From positions 15,341,915 to 15,405,914 of the forward strand of contig NC_068995.1 of assembly GCF_001194135.2 (NCBI RefSeq): a stretch of DNA of 64,000 nt, given 5' to 3'. Every line of letters begins with the position of its first letter. Positions within the stretch are counted from its first letter, which is position 1. The translations under genes and the position numbers were made by a program. The notes under the pieces were generated by a model. It saw only the letters and a list, made by a program, of their open reading frames with translations, searched no databases and was not told where the DNA came from. The stretch is from Octopus bimaculoides (Eukaryota). This document shows positions 62,026 to 64,000 of this stretch, one piece after another.

Positions 62026-62984
62026 NNNNNNNNNNNNNNNNNNNNNNNNNNNNNNNNNNNNNNNNNNNNNNNNNNNNNNNNNNNNNNNNNNNNNNNNNNN
62101 NNNNNNNNNNNNNNNNNNNNNNNNNNNNNNNNNNNNNNNNNNNNNNNNNNNNNNNNNNNNNNNNNNNNNNNNNNNNNNNNNNNNNNNNNNNNNNNNNNNN
62201 NNNNNNNNNNNNNNNNNNNNNNNNNNNNNNNNNNNNNNNNNNNNNNNNNNNNNNNNNNNNNNNNNNNNNNNNNNNNNNNNNNNNNNNNNNNNNNNNNNNN
62301 NNNNNNNNNNNNNNNNNNNNNNNNNNNNNNNNNNNNNNNNNNNNNNNNNNNNNNNNNNNNNNNNNNNNNNNNNNNNNNNNNNNNNNNNNNNNNNNNNNNN
62401 NNNNNNNNNNNNNNNNNNNNNNNNNNNNNNNNNNNNNNNNNNNNNNNNNNNNNNNNNNNNNNNNNNNNNNNNNNNNNNNNNNNNNNNNNNNNNNNNNNNN
62501 NNNNNNNNNNNNNNNNNNNNNNNNNNNNNNNNNNNNNNNNNNNNNNNNNNNNNNNNNNNNNNNNNNNNNNNNNNNNNNNNNNNNNNNNNNNNNNNNNNNN
62601 NNNNNNNNNNNNNNNNNNNNNNNNNNNNNNNNNNNNNNNNNNNNNNNNNNNNNNNNNNNNNNNNNNNNNNNNNNNNNNNNNNNNNNNNNNNNNNNNNNNN
62701 NNNNNNNNNNNNNNNNNNNNNNNNNNNNNNNNNNNNNNNNNNNNNNNNNNNNNNNNNNNNNNNNNNNNNNNNNNNNNNNNNNNNNNNNNNNNNNNNNNNN
62801 NNNNNNNNNNNNNNNNNNNNNNNNNNNNNNNNNNNNNNNNNNNNNNNNNNNNNNNNNNNNNNNNNNNNNNNNNNNNNNNNNNNNNNNNNNNNNNNNNNNN
62901 NNNNNNNNNNNNNNTACCCATAACAATTACAATTAAAGCGAGGAAATAATCGGAATCGTTACCGCGCCGGTCAAAATGCATAGC

Positions 62985-63155
62985 GACATTTCTTACGGCT
63001 CTTTACGGTCTGTGTTCGAATTCCGCCGAGGTCGACTTTACCTTTCATCCTTTCGGGGTCGATAAATTAAGTACCAGTTGAGTACTGGCGTCGATGTTAT
63101 CGACTACCCTTTCTCTTAAAATTTTCAAGTCTTGTGCTTAATGTAGAATATTATT
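62985..63155 (+). mobile_element. SINE B, 5'-truncated
   Basis: GTTCGAATTCCGCCGAGGTCGACTTTACCTTTCATCC. Confidence 0.85.
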
Positions 63156-63509
63156 ATCATAACAGCGAGATAATGAAATCACTGAGATGGCTTTACTTTC
63201 CTTAGTTCCTTGTTCGATCCAAAGCAGTTGTAAATCACTGAGTTGATGTTATCGATTATTTCTCCCGCCCAAAAATGCGTACTCTTGTGCTTATGTAGGA
63301 AAGAATACATTTATTTTCGACACTAAAAGTTTCAAGATTCACATTACACCTCGTTTCTCCTTAGGTAAGCGTCCTATGACATTAATACCTGCAACCCGAA
63401 ACCCTCGTCTTGGGCACAATCAAAATGACATGATTTTTAAAAAAAAGTACTATCAAGTTGCAAAAGATTCGGTCTTCACTTTGAAGGGCTTTCATTTATT
63501 CCTCATTTT

Positions 63510-64000
63510 CTCCTTAATTGCATTTAGGTTTAATCTAACCCAAACAAATCTACATAGAGTTAAAACTGCATTTGGAGTATAAAAGATATATGCTGGATTG
63601 AGGGTCAAAAACTGGTATTTGGACTAAAGAGTGTATATAGGGCAATGGGCTTAGAGAAGAACCACATATAAACTAAGGCAGCGTTAAGGATTTAAAGAAT
63701 ATCTATATGTATGATAAAAAAAATCTGCACGAAAACTACGTTTATGGTAAAGTGCATTTATGCTTGAAAACTATTTGGGATAAAAAATGCAGTTTAGTTA
63801 AACAAGTACGTTTAGAGTAAACAAATATACTTAGGTAGACAACATGCATTTAGGGCAAACAACTTTGAGATTAGGGTTTGCATTTATTCAAAAACTACTT
63901 TTAGGTCAGGCGATTGATTTCATGGTGAAAACTGCACTCTAGTGTTAACATGTATTGAGGGTAAACTATTGCATTTCGACCAAAATCTGCAGTTTGAGTG
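63510..64000. repeat. Cryptic degenerate minisatellite (about 17-19 bp, AAAACTGCATTTAGGGT-like)
   Basis: Recurrent GCATTTAG(G/T), AAAACT(G/A)C and GAGGGT(C/A)AA words. A similar patch lies at 61508-61605. Confidence 0.5.

Noticed and set aside
63860-63880. Interstitial telomere (TTAGGG)
   Set aside because: Isolated hexamers, no tandem array.

Overview
AT-rich eukaryotic (animal) genomic DNA from a gapped short-read-type assembly. It has more than 20 N-runs, almost all abutting microsatellites. The SINE families, (TA)/(CA)/(GA)/(TCTA)/(TAA)/(GAT) arrays and TE relics match my recollection of octopod cephalopod DNA, e.g. Octopus; this is an inference, not a database result. No complete protein-coding gene is recognisable, and every long ORF in the track is an N-gap or microsatellite artefact. 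The window is intronic or intergenic and is built from about 35 tRNA-headed SINE copies (my working labels A, B, C) plus decayed TEs: an RT-less I/Jockey-group-like LINE, RTE pieces, R4/Dong-type REL LINE pieces sitting in (TAA)n, a Ty3/Gypsy gag-pol relic, two mariner transposase relics, Penelope-like pieces, several MITEs and a candidate solo LTR. The most unusual structures are (1) recurrent fold-back (inverted) duplications built from SINE-A sequence, including a 236-bp near-perfect palindrome; (2) a ~350-bp tandem unit with an internal 25-bp inverted repeat that also occurs as a dispersed copy; (3) 65-73 bp direct repeats bracketing composite inserts; (4) a hammerhead-like motif in a small insert; and (5) a few weak candidate exons of a possible minus-strand host gene. 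I found no firm evidence for a new biological system; all findings below are leads.
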